From contig OZ244999.1 in assembly GCA_965223265.1 (NCBI GenBank), forward strand, positions 8,160,001-8,224,000: a DNA stretch of 64,000 nucleotides. Reading direction: 5' to 3'. Both the position numbers and the translations under genes were made by a program. Position 1 is the first letter of the stretch; the number at the start of each line of letters is the position of its first letter. The notes under the pieces are model-generated. The model saw nothing but the letters and a program-made list of their open reading frames with translations. It did no database searches and was not told the DNA's origin. The stretch is from Planctomycetota bacterium. GTDB lineage: Bacteria > Planctomycetota > UBA8108 > SXIK01. This document shows positions 1-9,949 of the stretch, piece by piece.

Positions 1-1
1 C

Positions 2-532
2 CCAGTCGCGGTCTCGATATGCCGGTTCGAAGTCGGGCACGAGGCGTAAGATCGTTTCCCAAGTCGCGGCGACGATCGGTTCTCTGTCATTCTGACGGTT
101 GTTCCACAGCACCGTCAGCTTGCCGCCCGGTCGGAGGATGCGGCGAAGCTCCGGCAAGGCTTTCGCTGGCTGTGCCCAGTGGAACGCCTGCGCTGCCACA
201 ACCCAGGCTTGAGACTCCGTCGCCAGTCCACTCGACTCGAAGGTGCTGCGAACCCACCGCGTCGGCGGCTCTTCGGGCGCCAGTCGACACATGGCAGCAT
301 TGGGTTCGACAGCGGTGACCGCGAGACCATGAGTGGCGAGTAGTCCGGTGAAGATCCCGGTGCCGGCGCCAAAGTCCGCCACCGGGTCTCCGGCTACGAT
401 CTCCGCACGCCCGATCAAACGCTCGAGCAGCGCGCTCGGGTAGCCTGGTCGCGACCGCGCGTAAACCTCTGCTTGCTGGGTGAAGTCCCCGAGCCCTGGT
501 TCGGGCGGCGTCTGCGGCCTTCGTTCTGGCAT
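2..532 (-). CDS. Class I SAM-dependent methyltransferase (partial, runs off left edge; absent from ORF track)
   Basis: Manual translation of the minus strand from ATG at 532 is open to the window edge: MPERRPQTPPEPGLGDFTQQAEVYARSRPGYP...VADFGAGTGIFT...VTAVEPNAAM...AAQAFHW...ELRRILRPGGKLTVLWN. It contains motif I (DxGxGxG) plus the AQAFHW and LRPGG motifs typical of Methyltransf_11. Confidence 0.9.
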   Translation of the reverse strand, partial: MPERRPQTPPEPGLGDFTQQAEVYARSRPGYPSALLERLIGRAEIVAGDPVADFGAGTGIFTGLLATHGLAVTAVEPNAAMCRLAPEEPPTRWVRSTFESSGLATESQAWVVAAQAFHWAQPAKALPELRRILRPGGKLTVLWNNRQNDREPIVAATWETILRLVPDFEPAYRDRDW

Positions 533-758
533 GGGAAGTTGAAGCCTTCTTCAGGAGGGTCGAGAGATCTTCGCCGCATCTTAGCATGCCAAACGCACTT
601 GATCCTCCGAGTCCCGCAGCTTAAAAGTGCTGGATTGTTCCGATTGGAAGAGTCAGGCGTTCGCTGCTACTGCCAGCGACGCTTCGATACATGTCGCGCC
701 GCTCGCGATCGCGCTGACGGTATTCCAGCGCGTTCGAACCGCTGAAACGGAGGACTCC

Positions 759-1901
759 ATGACCACTCTGCGTCCTACGCCTTGGGTCAGCGTTTTCTTG
801 GGCGGCACCATGGTGTGTCTCGGCGCGGTGGTTCGTGTGTGCGCACAGGGCGAACCTCCAGCGCCTGTCGTTGTCGATGTCGCGGCGGAGATTCATCTCG
901 TGCCGACTAAACCGGTTCTGGGCGCGACCGAGGCGAAACGGCGGAGTGTTCTCGCTGCGTCGATCGAGGGCTATGTCGTCGAGTACCTGGTCGAAGAGGG
1001 GGCTTGGGTCAAGAGCGGCGACGTGATCGCGCGACTCAGAGACGACATTCTCAAACTGCGCGTCACGGAAGCGAAGGCCGGGATCCGTGAGATCCAGGCA
1101 CTGCATCGCCAAGCGCAGCTCGACCTCGAACGTGCTCGGAAGCTCATCGGCCGCGACGCAGTGACTCAAAAAGAGCTGGATGCATCGGTGACGGCGGAAG
1201 CGTCGCTAGCTCTGCGGCTGCCGCAGGCCGAAGCACGGCTTGCCGTGATTCAGGCGGACCTCGCGAAGAAAACGGTTCGTGCGCCGTACGCCGGCCAGAT
1301 CGTCAGGGAGCACACACAGGTCGGCGAGTGGGTCACCCGTGGCGGTGCGGTCGCGACAATCGTTGATCTTTCGACCGTGTATGTGCGGGTGAACGTTCCC
1401 GAGCGCGAGATTCGATTCGTCCGCCGCGGTCAGCAGGTAGAGGTCCGCATTCCCGCGGCGTACCCGGGTGACTTCAAAGGCAAGGTCGTCTCCGTGCTTG
1501 GAGAGGGGGACGCAGAGGCACGGACGTTTGCGGTGCGGATCGAAGTTGACAACGACGGCCACATCAAGGCGGGAATGAGCGCCACTGTGGATGTACCCGC
1601 TGGGGCTCCTCGCAAGGCCTTGGCTGTATCCAAGGACGCGATGATCGTGCGAGGTCGTCAAAGTTTCGTTTTCGTCGTTGGCGATGGCGGCCAGGCGGAC
1701 CAGAGGCGCGTCGAGGTCGGCAGTGCGAGCGGTAGTCGCTTCGAGATCCTGCAGGGTCTACGCGCGGGAGAGCGCGTCGTTGTGCGCGGGAATGAACTCC
1801 TGCGTCCTGGCCGCAAGGTGAGGCTAGTGGAGAGCGCCGCGCCGACGGCGCCTGCGAAGAAAGACGTCACCAAGAACGTGCCAGAAGAAGGTGAGCCGTG
1901 A
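759..1901 (+). CDS. RND efflux periplasmic adaptor (membrane fusion protein)
   Basis: Lipoyl/barrel motifs (VEEGAWVKSGDVIARL, VRAPYAGQI, GEWVTRG, ARTFAVRI, GLRAGERVVVRG). Start placed at ATG 759 after GGAGGA RBS; the ORF track start of 627 is probably too long. Confidence 0.92.
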   Translation: MTTLRPTPWVSVFLGGTMVCLGAVVRVCAQGEPPAPVVVDVAAEIHLVPTKPVLGATEAKRRSVLAASIEGYVVEYLVEEGAWVKSGDVIARLRDDILKLRVTEAKAGIREIQALHRQAQLDLERARKLIGRDAVTQKELDASVTAEASLALRLPQAEARLAVIQADLAKKTVRAPYAGQIVREHTQVGEWVTRGGAVATIVDLSTVYVRVNVPEREIRFVRRGQQVEVRIPAAYPGDFKGKVVSVLGEGDAEARTFAVRIEVDNDGHIKAGMSATVDVPAGAPRKALAVSKDAMIVRGRQSFVFVVGDGGQADQRRVEVGSASGSRFEILQGLRAGERVVVRGNELLRPGRKVRLVESAAPTAPAKKDVTKNVPEEGEP

Positions 1902-4900
1902 TCGCGCTCAGCGTTCGCAAGCCGGTGGCGGTTCTCGTCGGTGTCGTGTTCGTTGCGCTCTTCGGCACGCTGAGCTTGCTGCGCGTGCCGATTCAGCTGA
2001 CGCCGGATGTCGTCAAGCCTGAGATCACCATCGAGACGCAGTGGCGCGGCGCCAGCCCCCACGAAATCGAGCGGGAGATCATCGACGAGCAGGAGGAACA
2101 GCTCAAAGGCGTTGAGGGCGTCGAGCGTATGACGAGCGAAAGCCTCGACAACCTCGGTCGCATCATCCTGCGCTTCCCGCCAGGCACCAATATCGACACA
2201 GCACTCATCCGCGTGTCGAATCGCCTCGAGCAGGTACCCGAGTACCCCGAGGATGCCGACAAGCCGGTGATCATGACGACGAACAAGACTGACAACGCGA
2301 TGGCGTGGTTCATGCTCTATCGCCTCGAGGGCAATGATCGACCCATCGATGGCTATTACCGTCTCGCCGAGGACGTGGTCAAGCCCGAGCTCGAACGGGT
2401 GCCCGGCGTCGGCGCGTCGAACGTCTATGGTGGCCGCGAAGAAGAGCTGCACGTCGTCGTCGATCCGCAGGCACTGGCGGCGCGCGGCATCACCGTTCCC
2501 GAGCTCATGCGGGCCGTCGACCGTGAGAATCGCAACATCAGTGGCGGGGATTTCAGCGAAGGCAAGAGGCGCTATAAAGTGCGCACGCTCGGGGAGTACG
2601 TCGAGCCCGAGGACGTTGAAAACATCGTCATTGAGACGGACGCCGGGCGCCGGGTGTATCTGCGCGATATCGCCGATGTGCGCGTCGGCATGAAGAAACG
2701 CGATAACTTCGTGCGTCAGCGTGGAACGCCGACGATTGCGATCAATTGCGTGCGCAGCATTGGCGCCAACGTGCTGGAGTCCATGCAGGGCGTGCGCGAA
2801 ACGGTTGAGGCACTCAACCGAGACGTGCTCGATGCCGAGCAGCTGCGCCTCGTTCAGGTCTACGACGAGACCGAGTACATCGAAGCGTCCATCGATCGCG
2901 TCGTGGATAACCTTCTCATCGGCAGCTTGCTCGCAGTGATCGTTCTTTTCGCGTTTTTGCGCAGTGTTGCCAGCACGTTGATCATCGCGCTGGCGATCCC
3001 GATCAGCATCGTCGGATCGTTCGTGCTCATGCACGCGCTCGATCGCAGCATCAACGTCATCAGCTTGGCGGGGATGACGTTCGCTTCTGGCATGGTTGTC
3101 GATAACGCCATCGTCAGCCTGGAAAACATCTTTCGTTTGCGCCAGGCGGGGAAGTCGCGCTTTGAGGCCGCGGTTGAAGGTGTGCGCCAGATTTGGGGCG
3201 CTGTTCTTGCCAGCACGCTGACGACGATCGCCGTCTTTTTGCCCATCTTCTTCGTCGATGAGAAGGCCGGACAGCTTTTTCGGGACATCGCGATCGCCAT
3301 TAGCTGCTCGGTCGGATTGTCGCTGTTTGTTTCAGTGACAGTGATCCCATCGCTGGCCGCGAAGTTGCTCGTGCGCGTCGGTACCGCCCGCGCGGTCGGT
3401 GACGTGGCAGCATCGCGGCGCACTCTCGGGTCGAAGCTGGGCAGGCTGTTCGTCGCGCCGGTTGAACTCCTGACACGCTCGCCCGTCGCCAGCGCTGTCG
3501 TCGCCTTGGTCCTGACGGTGGTTTCACTTCTGGCTGCCCGTTTGCTGACACCCGACGCCGAGTACTTACCGCAGGGCAATCGCAACTTGGCGATCGGCAT
3601 CCTCGTACCGCCTCCCGGCTACAGCATCGACGAGCTGTCTCGGATCGGCGGGCAAATCGAGGAGCGATTAGCTGAGCGATTCGAGACGGGCGGTGAACGG
3701 CCTGCGGCCAACGTAGTGCGCGCTGCGGCGAGAACTGAGGACCCAGATCGCGACGTCGAAACCGCCACCAGAAGCGCACCGGAGGCAGGGAAAGCCGACG
3801 CAGCTTTGCCCGACATTGGCATCAGCCACTTCTTTTTCGTCGCCAATCAAAGCTCGGTCTTCATGGGCGCCAAGGCCGCCGATTCAGCACGCGCGGGCGA
3901 GCTCGTGCCCGTGATGCGTGCAGCTCTCGGTGATCTACCGGGCCTGATCGCGATCGTCCAGCAAGCGAGCCTCTTCGAGCGCGGCATCTCTTCGGGCCGA
4001 CGCGTCGATATCGAGATCACCGGGCCGGATCTCGACCGCCTGCTGCAGCTCGGCGGCATGGTGTTCGGCCAAACGATGCAGCTGTTCCCGCCGCCCGAGG
4101 GCAACCAGGCGCGCCCGATACCCAATCTTCTGGCGACCCCTGAGGTGCACGTCGTCCCAGATCGCGAACGCGCGCGCGACCTCGGGCTCGATGCTAGCGA
4201 CATTGGGCTGACGATCGACGCGATTCTCGATGGCGCGAAGGCCAGCGAGTTCAAACTTGCGGGTCGCGAGATCGACCTTTCCGTCCTCGGCGGCGCGCGC
4301 GGTCGCGACTGGCAGACGCAGGACCTCGAGAGCATCCCGATCTACACACCCTCGGGAAAGATGGTGCCGCTCGCGTCGGTGGCGAACGTTACGGTGACGC
4401 GTGGGCCGCAGCAGATCAACCACCTCGATCGTGACCGTGCCGTGACGATTCAGCTAGTGCCGGCCAAGAACGTTCCGATCGAGCGCGCGGTCACGACGAT
4501 TCGGGAGCAGCTCGTCGCTCCGCTGAGCGCTGCGGGTGCGATCGAGCGCCCATTTCGACTGCGTCTCGCGGGCACGGCCGATGATTTGGCGCAAGCGTAT
4601 ACCGCGTTCAAATGGAACTTCTTGCTCGCCGTGGTGATCACGTACCTCCTCATGGCAGCGCTGTTCGAGAGTTTCGTTTATCCATTCGTCGTTCTCTTTA
4701 GCGTTCCGCTCGCTGCGGTCGGTGGACTGATTTGTTTGGCGCTCGTGCATGCCTACGTGCCGAGCGTTCAGTTTGACATTTTGACCATGCTTGGATTCGT
4801 GATTCTTGTGGGCGTCGTCGTCAACAATGCGATTCTGATCGTCTACCAGACCCTCGGCGGTGTCAGCGATGGTCTGTCGCGACGCGATGCCATCGTTGGC

Positions 4901-5152
4901 GCCGTGCAGCTGCGCGTGCGGCCGATCCTCATGACAATGTTGACGTCAGGCTTTGGTATGTTGCCGCTCGTTGTCTTTCCCGGCGCAGGATCGGAGCTCT
5001 ATCGGGGGCTCGGCAGTGTCGTCGTGGGCGGGCTGGTCGTCTCGACGCTCTTCACGCTTGTTCTCATTCCGTGTCTTTTGACGGTTGTGCTGGCGATTCA
5101 GGCTCGATGGTTCGGCGCTCAACCGCGGCGTGGAGCGCTCGCGACTTCATGA
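1898..5152 (+). CDS. RND efflux permease (AcrB/AcrD/AcrF family)
   Basis: 1084 aa with 12-TM RND layout and motifs GMVVDNAIV, GVVVNNAIL, RVRPILMT. GTGA overlap with the MFP stop. Confidence 0.95.
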   Translation: MIALSVRKPVAVLVGVVFVALFGTLSLLRVPIQLTPDVVKPEITIETQWRGASPHEIEREIIDEQEEQLKGVEGVERMTSESLDNLGRIILRFPPGTNIDTALIRVSNRLEQVPEYPEDADKPVIMTTNKTDNAMAWFMLYRLEGNDRPIDGYYRLAEDVVKPELERVPGVGASNVYGGREEELHVVVDPQALAARGITVPELMRAVDRENRNISGGDFSEGKRRYKVRTLGEYVEPEDVENIVIETDAGRRVYLRDIADVRVGMKKRDNFVRQRGTPTIAINCVRSIGANVLESMQGVRETVEALNRDVLDAEQLRLVQVYDETEYIEASIDRVVDNLLIGSLLAVIVLFAFLRSVASTLIIALAIPISIVGSFVLMHALDRSINVISLAGMTFASGMVVDNAIVSLENIFRLRQAGKSRFEAAVEGVRQIWGAVLASTLTTIAVFLPIFFVDEKAGQLFRDIAIAISCSVGLSLFVSVTVIPSLAAKLLVRVGTARAVGDVAASRRTLGSKLGRLFVAPVELLTRSPVASAVVALVLTVVSLLAARLLTPDAEYLPQGNRNLAIGILVPPPGYSIDELSRIGGQIEERLAERFETGGERPAANVVRAAARTEDPDRDVETATRSAPEAGKADAALPDIGISHFFFVANQSSVFMGAKAADSARAGELVPVMRAALGDLPGLIAIVQQASLFERGISSGRRVDIEITGPDLDRLLQLGGMVFGQTMQLFPPPEGNQARPIPNLLATPEVHVVPDRERARDLGLDASDIGLTIDAILDGAKASEFKLAGREIDLSVLGGARGRDWQTQDLESIPIYTPSGKMVPLASVANVTVTRGPQQINHLDRDRAVTIQLVPAKNVPIERAVTTIREQLVAPLSAAGAIERPFRLRLAGTADDLAQAYTAFKWNFLLAVVITYLLMAALFESFVYPFVVLFSVPLAAVGGLICLALVHAYVPSVQFDILTMLGFVILVGVVVNNAILIVYQTLGGVSDGLSRRDAIVGAVQLRVRPILMTMLTSGFGMLPLVVFPGAGSELYRGLGSVVVGGLVVSTLFTLVLIPCLLTVVLAIQARWFGAQPRRGALATS

Positions 5153-6684
5153 AGTATCGACCGGCGATCCAATCCGGCGCCGCTCGCGCTGCGCACGCGG
5201 GAGCTGTGACCTGCATCCTACCGTTCGTTCTCGCTGCGTGCGTTGCTCTGCCACCGCCGCAGGAGTGGCTTGGGGACGGTCCGGGCGATGCGCCGGGGCC
5301 GGCTGCCATGCCGGTCGGCGACTCGGTGTCGATCGAGCGTCTGGACTGGTCGACCGCGCTCCGTCTGGCTCGCGAGCGTAGCCCTAGCATCGAGTCGGCG
5401 GCGGCACGACTTGAAAAAGCGCGCCAGATGGTTCGCGAAGCGGCAGCTCTCGCCTACCCAACGCTGGACGCGCGTGCCAGCTGGGTGCGTTTTCTCGAAG
5501 CCGCGGATTTCCGTGGACGATCGTCTTCGGAAGTCGGGGGCGCCGCCACCAGAACGCGTTTTTTCACCGGCCGCGGCTCGGATATCTACAGTGCTGGTGT
5601 CGACGCGAACTACCCGATCTTCGACGGCGGTCGGGTCTACTACGGTAAGGAGGCGGCACGTTCAGCTGTGCGATCCGCGCGGGAGGAACGCGAAGCAGTG
5701 CGTCGCGATCTCGACCGGCAGGTGTCACTGGCGTTTCTCAACGTTCTCCTGAGTCGCGGCGCGATCGAGATTGCAACGGAGTCTCTTGCTTTCACCAAGG
5801 GCGAAGAGACGCGTGCAGCGGCGCGCGCGGAGGCTGGCGAGGGTCTCAAGATCGACGCGCTGCGTTTTCGTACGCGTGCCTCGTCGGAGCAGCTGCAGCT
5901 CAACCAAGCGCTCGCGACTCGGCGCGTGCGCATCGCGATTCTCTCAGAGCTCCTGGACGTCCCGCTCGCGGAGGACGTTGAGTTTGTCGAGCCGAAATCG
6001 GCGTTCACACTCGAGGAGCGCGACTCGGCGGCGCGCGCGCTCGCCCATCGGCCTGAGCTGAAGGCAGTCGCCTGGCGTGTCGCTGAGCTCGAGCAGGAGC
6101 TGGCTCGCGAGAACGCGAGTTGGTGGCCGACGTTTTCATTCTTTGGGTCGTACGGCGTGCTCAATCTTGACTCACTCGACGTCAGTCAGGCGACCGACGA
6201 GTTTCAGGTTGGCGCAGCGATGGCGATGAACTTGTTTGAAGGCGGTGGCACCACGGCGCGTGCCGCGGTAATCCGCCAACGCGTCGCCGAGGAGCGGAGC
6301 GAGGAGCGAAGGCTGCGACTGGAGATCGAGCGGCAGGTGCGCGAGGCGGCAATCAACGTCGAAGTGGACGCGCGCAACGTCGAGGTGAGCCGAGAAACCG
6401 TCCGGCTTGCCGAGGAGGTTCTCGACCGCGTCACCGCGCGCTACCGTGCAGGGGAGGCGCAGGTGCTCGACGTCACCGAGGCCGAGCTCGAGCGCACCCG
6501 CGCGCGGTTGGCTCTGCTGCGCAGCCGCGTCCATCACGTACTGTCGCAAGTGCGGCTCTTGCACGCCGAGGGTGACGATCTGATGCCGGCGATCGAGGCG
6601 TCGATGGACCTTCGTCGCCCTGTAGGGACAGGCGCGGAGGACCGTTCGACTCAGAGTGCGCAGCCAGCGGACGACGGAAGTTGA
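5149..6684 (+). CDS. TolC-family outer membrane efflux protein (probable lipoprotein)
   Basis: ATGA overlap with the permease stop; lipobox-like VLAAC; two OEP repeats (YPTLD..YPIFDGG, ALAHRPEL, WWPTFS, NLFEGG, RYRAGEAQVLDV). Confidence 0.9.
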   Translation: MKYRPAIQSGAARAAHAGAVTCILPFVLAACVALPPPQEWLGDGPGDAPGPAAMPVGDSVSIERLDWSTALRLARERSPSIESAAARLEKARQMVREAAALAYPTLDARASWVRFLEAADFRGRSSSEVGGAATRTRFFTGRGSDIYSAGVDANYPIFDGGRVYYGKEAARSAVRSAREEREAVRRDLDRQVSLAFLNVLLSRGAIEIATESLAFTKGEETRAAARAEAGEGLKIDALRFRTRASSEQLQLNQALATRRVRIAILSELLDVPLAEDVEFVEPKSAFTLEERDSAARALAHRPELKAVAWRVAELEQELARENASWWPTFSFFGSYGVLNLDSLDVSQATDEFQVGAAMAMNLFEGGGTTARAAVIRQRVAEERSEERRLRLEIERQVREAAINVEVDARNVEVSRETVRLAEEVLDRVTARYRAGEAQVLDVTEAELERTRARLALLRSRVHHVLSQVRLLHAEGDDLMPAIEASMDLRRPVGTGAEDRSTQSAQPADDGS

Positions 6685-6757
6685 TCGATTCGACGACTTG
6701 CGCGTCTCGGTGTCTGCAAGTGCGCCTCACCAATTCCTTGACCGCATCCGGCGTGTG

Positions 6758-9700
6758 TCATGGCTGCTCGTTGTTCGCGGTCGTCGTTTCACCCTCCTTC
6801 GCTTCGTGTTCCCGGTGCCGTCGTTTCTCTTCGGCGTCGAGGATCTCTGACTCCCGGCGGTAACGACCGAGCTCGGCGCTCTGCCCACGGCTCTCGTAGA
6901 TTTTGATGAGCGCGTCGAGGCAGCGGCGGGCGTCTGCGAACCGGGCGTTGTCTTTCAGGGGCGGAAAGGCGCCGACGAGGAGCTGTTCGCCCTCGTCGGA
7001 GCGCCCCATGGCAGTGAGACATAAGCCGAGGTCCATCTCCATCGAAGAGATTCGGTAGTCATCGGCGGGAAAACGTCTCCTTTGCGCCGCGAGCGCCTCG
7101 CGAAAGAGAGGTTCTGCCTCGTTGAGGTGCTTTTGCTCGCGCAGCGCCCGCGCTAGCGCCCGGGTCGGCTCCGGCCAGCGAGGATCGCTCAAGCGCTTGA
7201 ACACCTCGACGGCGTGCCGGAACAGCGTCACGGCTTCGTCAAGCTTCGCGGGGTCGCGGTAGATCGCCAGACCGAGAGAATTTTCGACCTCGGCGACATA
7301 GAGGTGTTCCTTGCCCCGGCGAAGAGTCTCGACGTCGCGCGCTTCGCGCAGGAGAGGTTCGGCGCGGGTGAGGTCGCCTTTTCGCTGATAGAATGTCCCA
7401 AGGTTGAAGAGACACGTCGCGATCTGGGGACTGCTCGTCTCACCGAGTTCGCGGAGCATGTTGAGAGCGAGCAGATGGTAGCGTTCAGCTTCGTCGTGTT
7501 GCCATTTCCACTGCAGGCAGATAGCTATATTATCGAAGCACGCCGCGACCTCTGCATGCTTGTCTCCGAAGACGCGCTCATTGATCGCGAGCGCCTCGCG
7601 AAAGAGCCGCTCGGCGGCGTCGGGTTCGTCGCGGTGGAGAGTTGTGTAGGCGATGGCGTTGATCGTCTTCGCCACATCTTTGTGCGTCTCCCCGTAGGCC
7701 TGCTTGTAGATCATGAGCGCGCGGTCGAAGAGAGGGGAGGCTTCCTTGCCCTTACCGCGCTCGATGAGGAGCTCCCCGAGCGCGTGCAGATTCCAACCGA
7801 CGTCGGGATGGGTCTCTCCGACGATCTCGCCGCTGACTTCGACGACTTCACGGAGCAGATTCTCCGCTTCATCGTACTTGCCGACGTCGCGCAGCAACTC
7901 CGCGAGATGCGTCATGGCCGTGGATACGTCATAGTGTTTGCGGGTGCCGCAGCGGCGTTCCGCTCGAAGGAGGGCATCGCGCAAGAGCTTCTCCGCTCTT
8001 TCGAAGTCACCCTTGTACTGGAGCATGCGACCGAGATGGCTCATGCTCTCTATGGTGGTCGGGTCGTCACCGCCCAGCAGTTCCTCGCGCAGCGTCCACG
8101 CTTGCCGCAGCGCTGACTCGCTTGCCGTCAAATCCCCCTCATGCCGGAGCAGTTGCCCGAGGCTATCGAGGCTTGCCGCAACGAGCGCGTGGTGTTCGCC
8201 GAAGAGCGAGCGTCGCTGCTGGAGCGCGGCGGCGATCGCACCTCGGGCGCGGCCATAGTCCGACTTCTTCAGCAGCACGACCCCGAGATTGTGCTGGCTC
8301 TCGGCGGCACCCGCCAGCTGCGCGGGTCCGGCGCTGCGCCGAAGCTCAAGCGCTCGCTGCAGTTGTTGCTCGGCTTGATCGTAGAGGCCGAGACCGGTGT
8401 AAGCCACACCGAGCGAGTCATGAAGCGCCGCTGCGGTCGTTGGCTGATCCGTGAAGGAGTTTTCGACCTCAGCTGCGGCCCTGGCGAGAAGATCGATCAC
8501 CTTGACGTCGCGGCCGCTTCGTCGAGGATCGGTGGAAGCGAGCATATCTCTGAGAAAATTTGTCACCGTTTCGGCCGCGTCGAGTCGCTGCTCGGATAGC
8601 TCGTGAGCGCGCGTGGCGACGATGGCTTGCCAGGTTGTGCCGGCGACACCGAGAACGAGCGATAGAATGACGAACGCCGTGCCGCAGACGAGTGCCTTGT
8701 TGCGACGGGTGAACTTCCGTAGCTGATAGAGTGCGCTCGGCGGGCGCGCGAGAATTGGTTCGTCGCTGAGATGGCGTTTGAGGTCGGCTGCGAGCTCAGC
8801 GGCGGATTGGTAGCGCCGCGCTGGCTCCTTCTCAAGCGCCTTTTGAACAATCGTTTCGATGTCGCCGCGCAGGGTGCGTACGGTCGTGCTGATCGGTGTC
8901 GGTTCGACTTCGCGGACGACGCGAACCGCGTCGTGAATCATCTTGCCGGAAAAATCGTACGGCAGCCGCCCGGCGAGAAGCTCGTAGAGCACCACGCCGA
9001 GGGCGTACACGTCGGAGCGCGCGTCGAGCTCTCTCGGATCGCCTGCGATTTGCTCAGGACTCATGTACGGCACCGTGCCGATGAGCTCACCGACACTGGT
9101 CTGCATCGTCGTCAGTTGGACGTCCGAGTCTGTTGCGCGCGCGATGCCGAAATCGAGAACTTTGGGTTGGCCACTGAGATCGACAAGAATGTTCGCCGGT
9201 TTGAGATCTCGATGGATGAACCCCCTGAGGTGGGCGTGCTGCACCGCGTCGCACACGTCAACGAACAAACGAATGCGCTGCCGAGCTGACAGCCGATGTT
9301 CATCCGCGAATTCGTTCAGCGTGAGACCGTCGATGAACTCCATCGCGAAGTATGGCTGCTCTTGACCGAGATCGTTCGTCGCCGAGCCGGCTTCGAAAAT
9401 CTGTGCGATGCCGGGATGTTGCAGTCGGCCAAGAACTTGTGCTTCATACTCGAATCTCTTCATCACCGATGGCGAGAAGAGGTCTGCATTTGCCACTTTC
9501 AGCGCCACGGTGCGGCGAGGGTTTTCCTGCTCGGCTTGAAACACGGTGCCCATCCCGCCAGCGCCGATCTTGCCGCGAATGCGGTATTTGCCGATGCGTT
9601 GCGGTAACGTGTGGGGCGGGTCTCGATCGGCGAACGTAGCGGCGCCCGTTGAGTCGAAAAGCGCGTCTTTGAGTTCTCTCGCGGGCTCGAGCGCTGCGTC

Positions 9701-9871
9701 GGCGAGCACGCCATCGCTACGTTCGTGCTGCTCGAGAAGCTCGTCCACCTTGAGGCGAACGGGCGACCCAGGCTTCGACTTGGCGTCGAGAAAGCCGGCT
9801 CGATCGGAGGTGGGCAGTTGCCGTGCCGCATCGAAGAGTTCGTGGATCTGCTGGAATTCTTCTGGGGTCAT
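6758..9871 (-). CDS. Hanks-type Ser/Thr protein kinase with TM segment and C-terminal TPR array
   Basis: GAGGMGTV, VALKV, HRDLKPANIL, VLDFGIA, GTVPYMSPEQ, SDVYALG motifs; one TM helix; about ten 42-aa TPR repeats; N-terminal 'ELFDAA..L...DRAGFLD' domain typical of planctomycete kinases. Confidence 0.95.
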   Translation of the reverse strand: MTPEEFQQIHELFDAARQLPTSDRAGFLDAKSKPGSPVRLKVDELLEQHERSDGVLADAALEPARELKDALFDSTGAATFADRDPPHTLPQRIGKYRIRGKIGAGGMGTVFQAEQENPRRTVALKVANADLFSPSVMKRFEYEAQVLGRLQHPGIAQIFEAGSATNDLGQEQPYFAMEFIDGLTLNEFADEHRLSARQRIRLFVDVCDAVQHAHLRGFIHRDLKPANILVDLSGQPKVLDFGIARATDSDVQLTTMQTSVGELIGTVPYMSPEQIAGDPRELDARSDVYALGVVLYELLAGRLPYDFSGKMIHDAVRVVREVEPTPISTTVRTLRGDIETIVQKALEKEPARRYQSAAELAADLKRHLSDEPILARPPSALYQLRKFTRRNKALVCGTAFVILSLVLGVAGTTWQAIVATRAHELSEQRLDAAETVTNFLRDMLASTDPRRSGRDVKVIDLLARAAAEVENSFTDQPTTAAALHDSLGVAYTGLGLYDQAEQQLQRALELRRSAGPAQLAGAAESQHNLGVVLLKKSDYGRARGAIAAALQQRRSLFGEHHALVAASLDSLGQLLRHEGDLTASESALRQAWTLREELLGGDDPTTIESMSHLGRMLQYKGDFERAEKLLRDALLRAERRCGTRKHYDVSTAMTHLAELLRDVGKYDEAENLLREVVEVSGEIVGETHPDVGWNLHALGELLIERGKGKEASPLFDRALMIYKQAYGETHKDVAKTINAIAYTTLHRDEPDAAERLFREALAINERVFGDKHAEVAACFDNIAICLQWKWQHDEAERYHLLALNMLRELGETSSPQIATCLFNLGTFYQRKGDLTRAEPLLREARDVETLRRGKEHLYVAEVENSLGLAIYRDPAKLDEAVTLFRHAVEVFKRLSDPRWPEPTRALARALREQKHLNEAEPLFREALAAQRRRFPADDYRISSMEMDLGLCLTAMGRSDEGEQLLVGAFPPLKDNARFADARRCLDALIKIYESRGQSAELGRYRRESEILDAEEKRRHREHEAKEGETTTANNEQP

Positions 9872-9949
9872 GGCAGGGTCCTGAGTGGGAAAGAACGGGA
9901 AGCATCCGAATGATAACGAAGGAGTGCGCGCGAACGGTAGATTTCGCGC

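Noticed and set aside
87-587. ORF-track 166-aa minus-strand ORF and other short ORFs at 19-745
   Set aside because: Wrong frames; the real gene is the methyltransferase in another minus-strand frame starting at 532.
1658-3034. Long antisense or alternate-frame ORFs (also 7214-8116, 38310-39221, 52952-53929, 14521-15369)
   Set aside because: Shadow ORFs expected in high-GC coding DNA; they overlap well-supported genes and have no recognisable motifs.
759-6684. RND system as a specific antibiotic or heavy-metal resistance determinant
   Set aside because: No substrate-diagnostic motifs or regulator visible; ordinary tripartite efflux operon.
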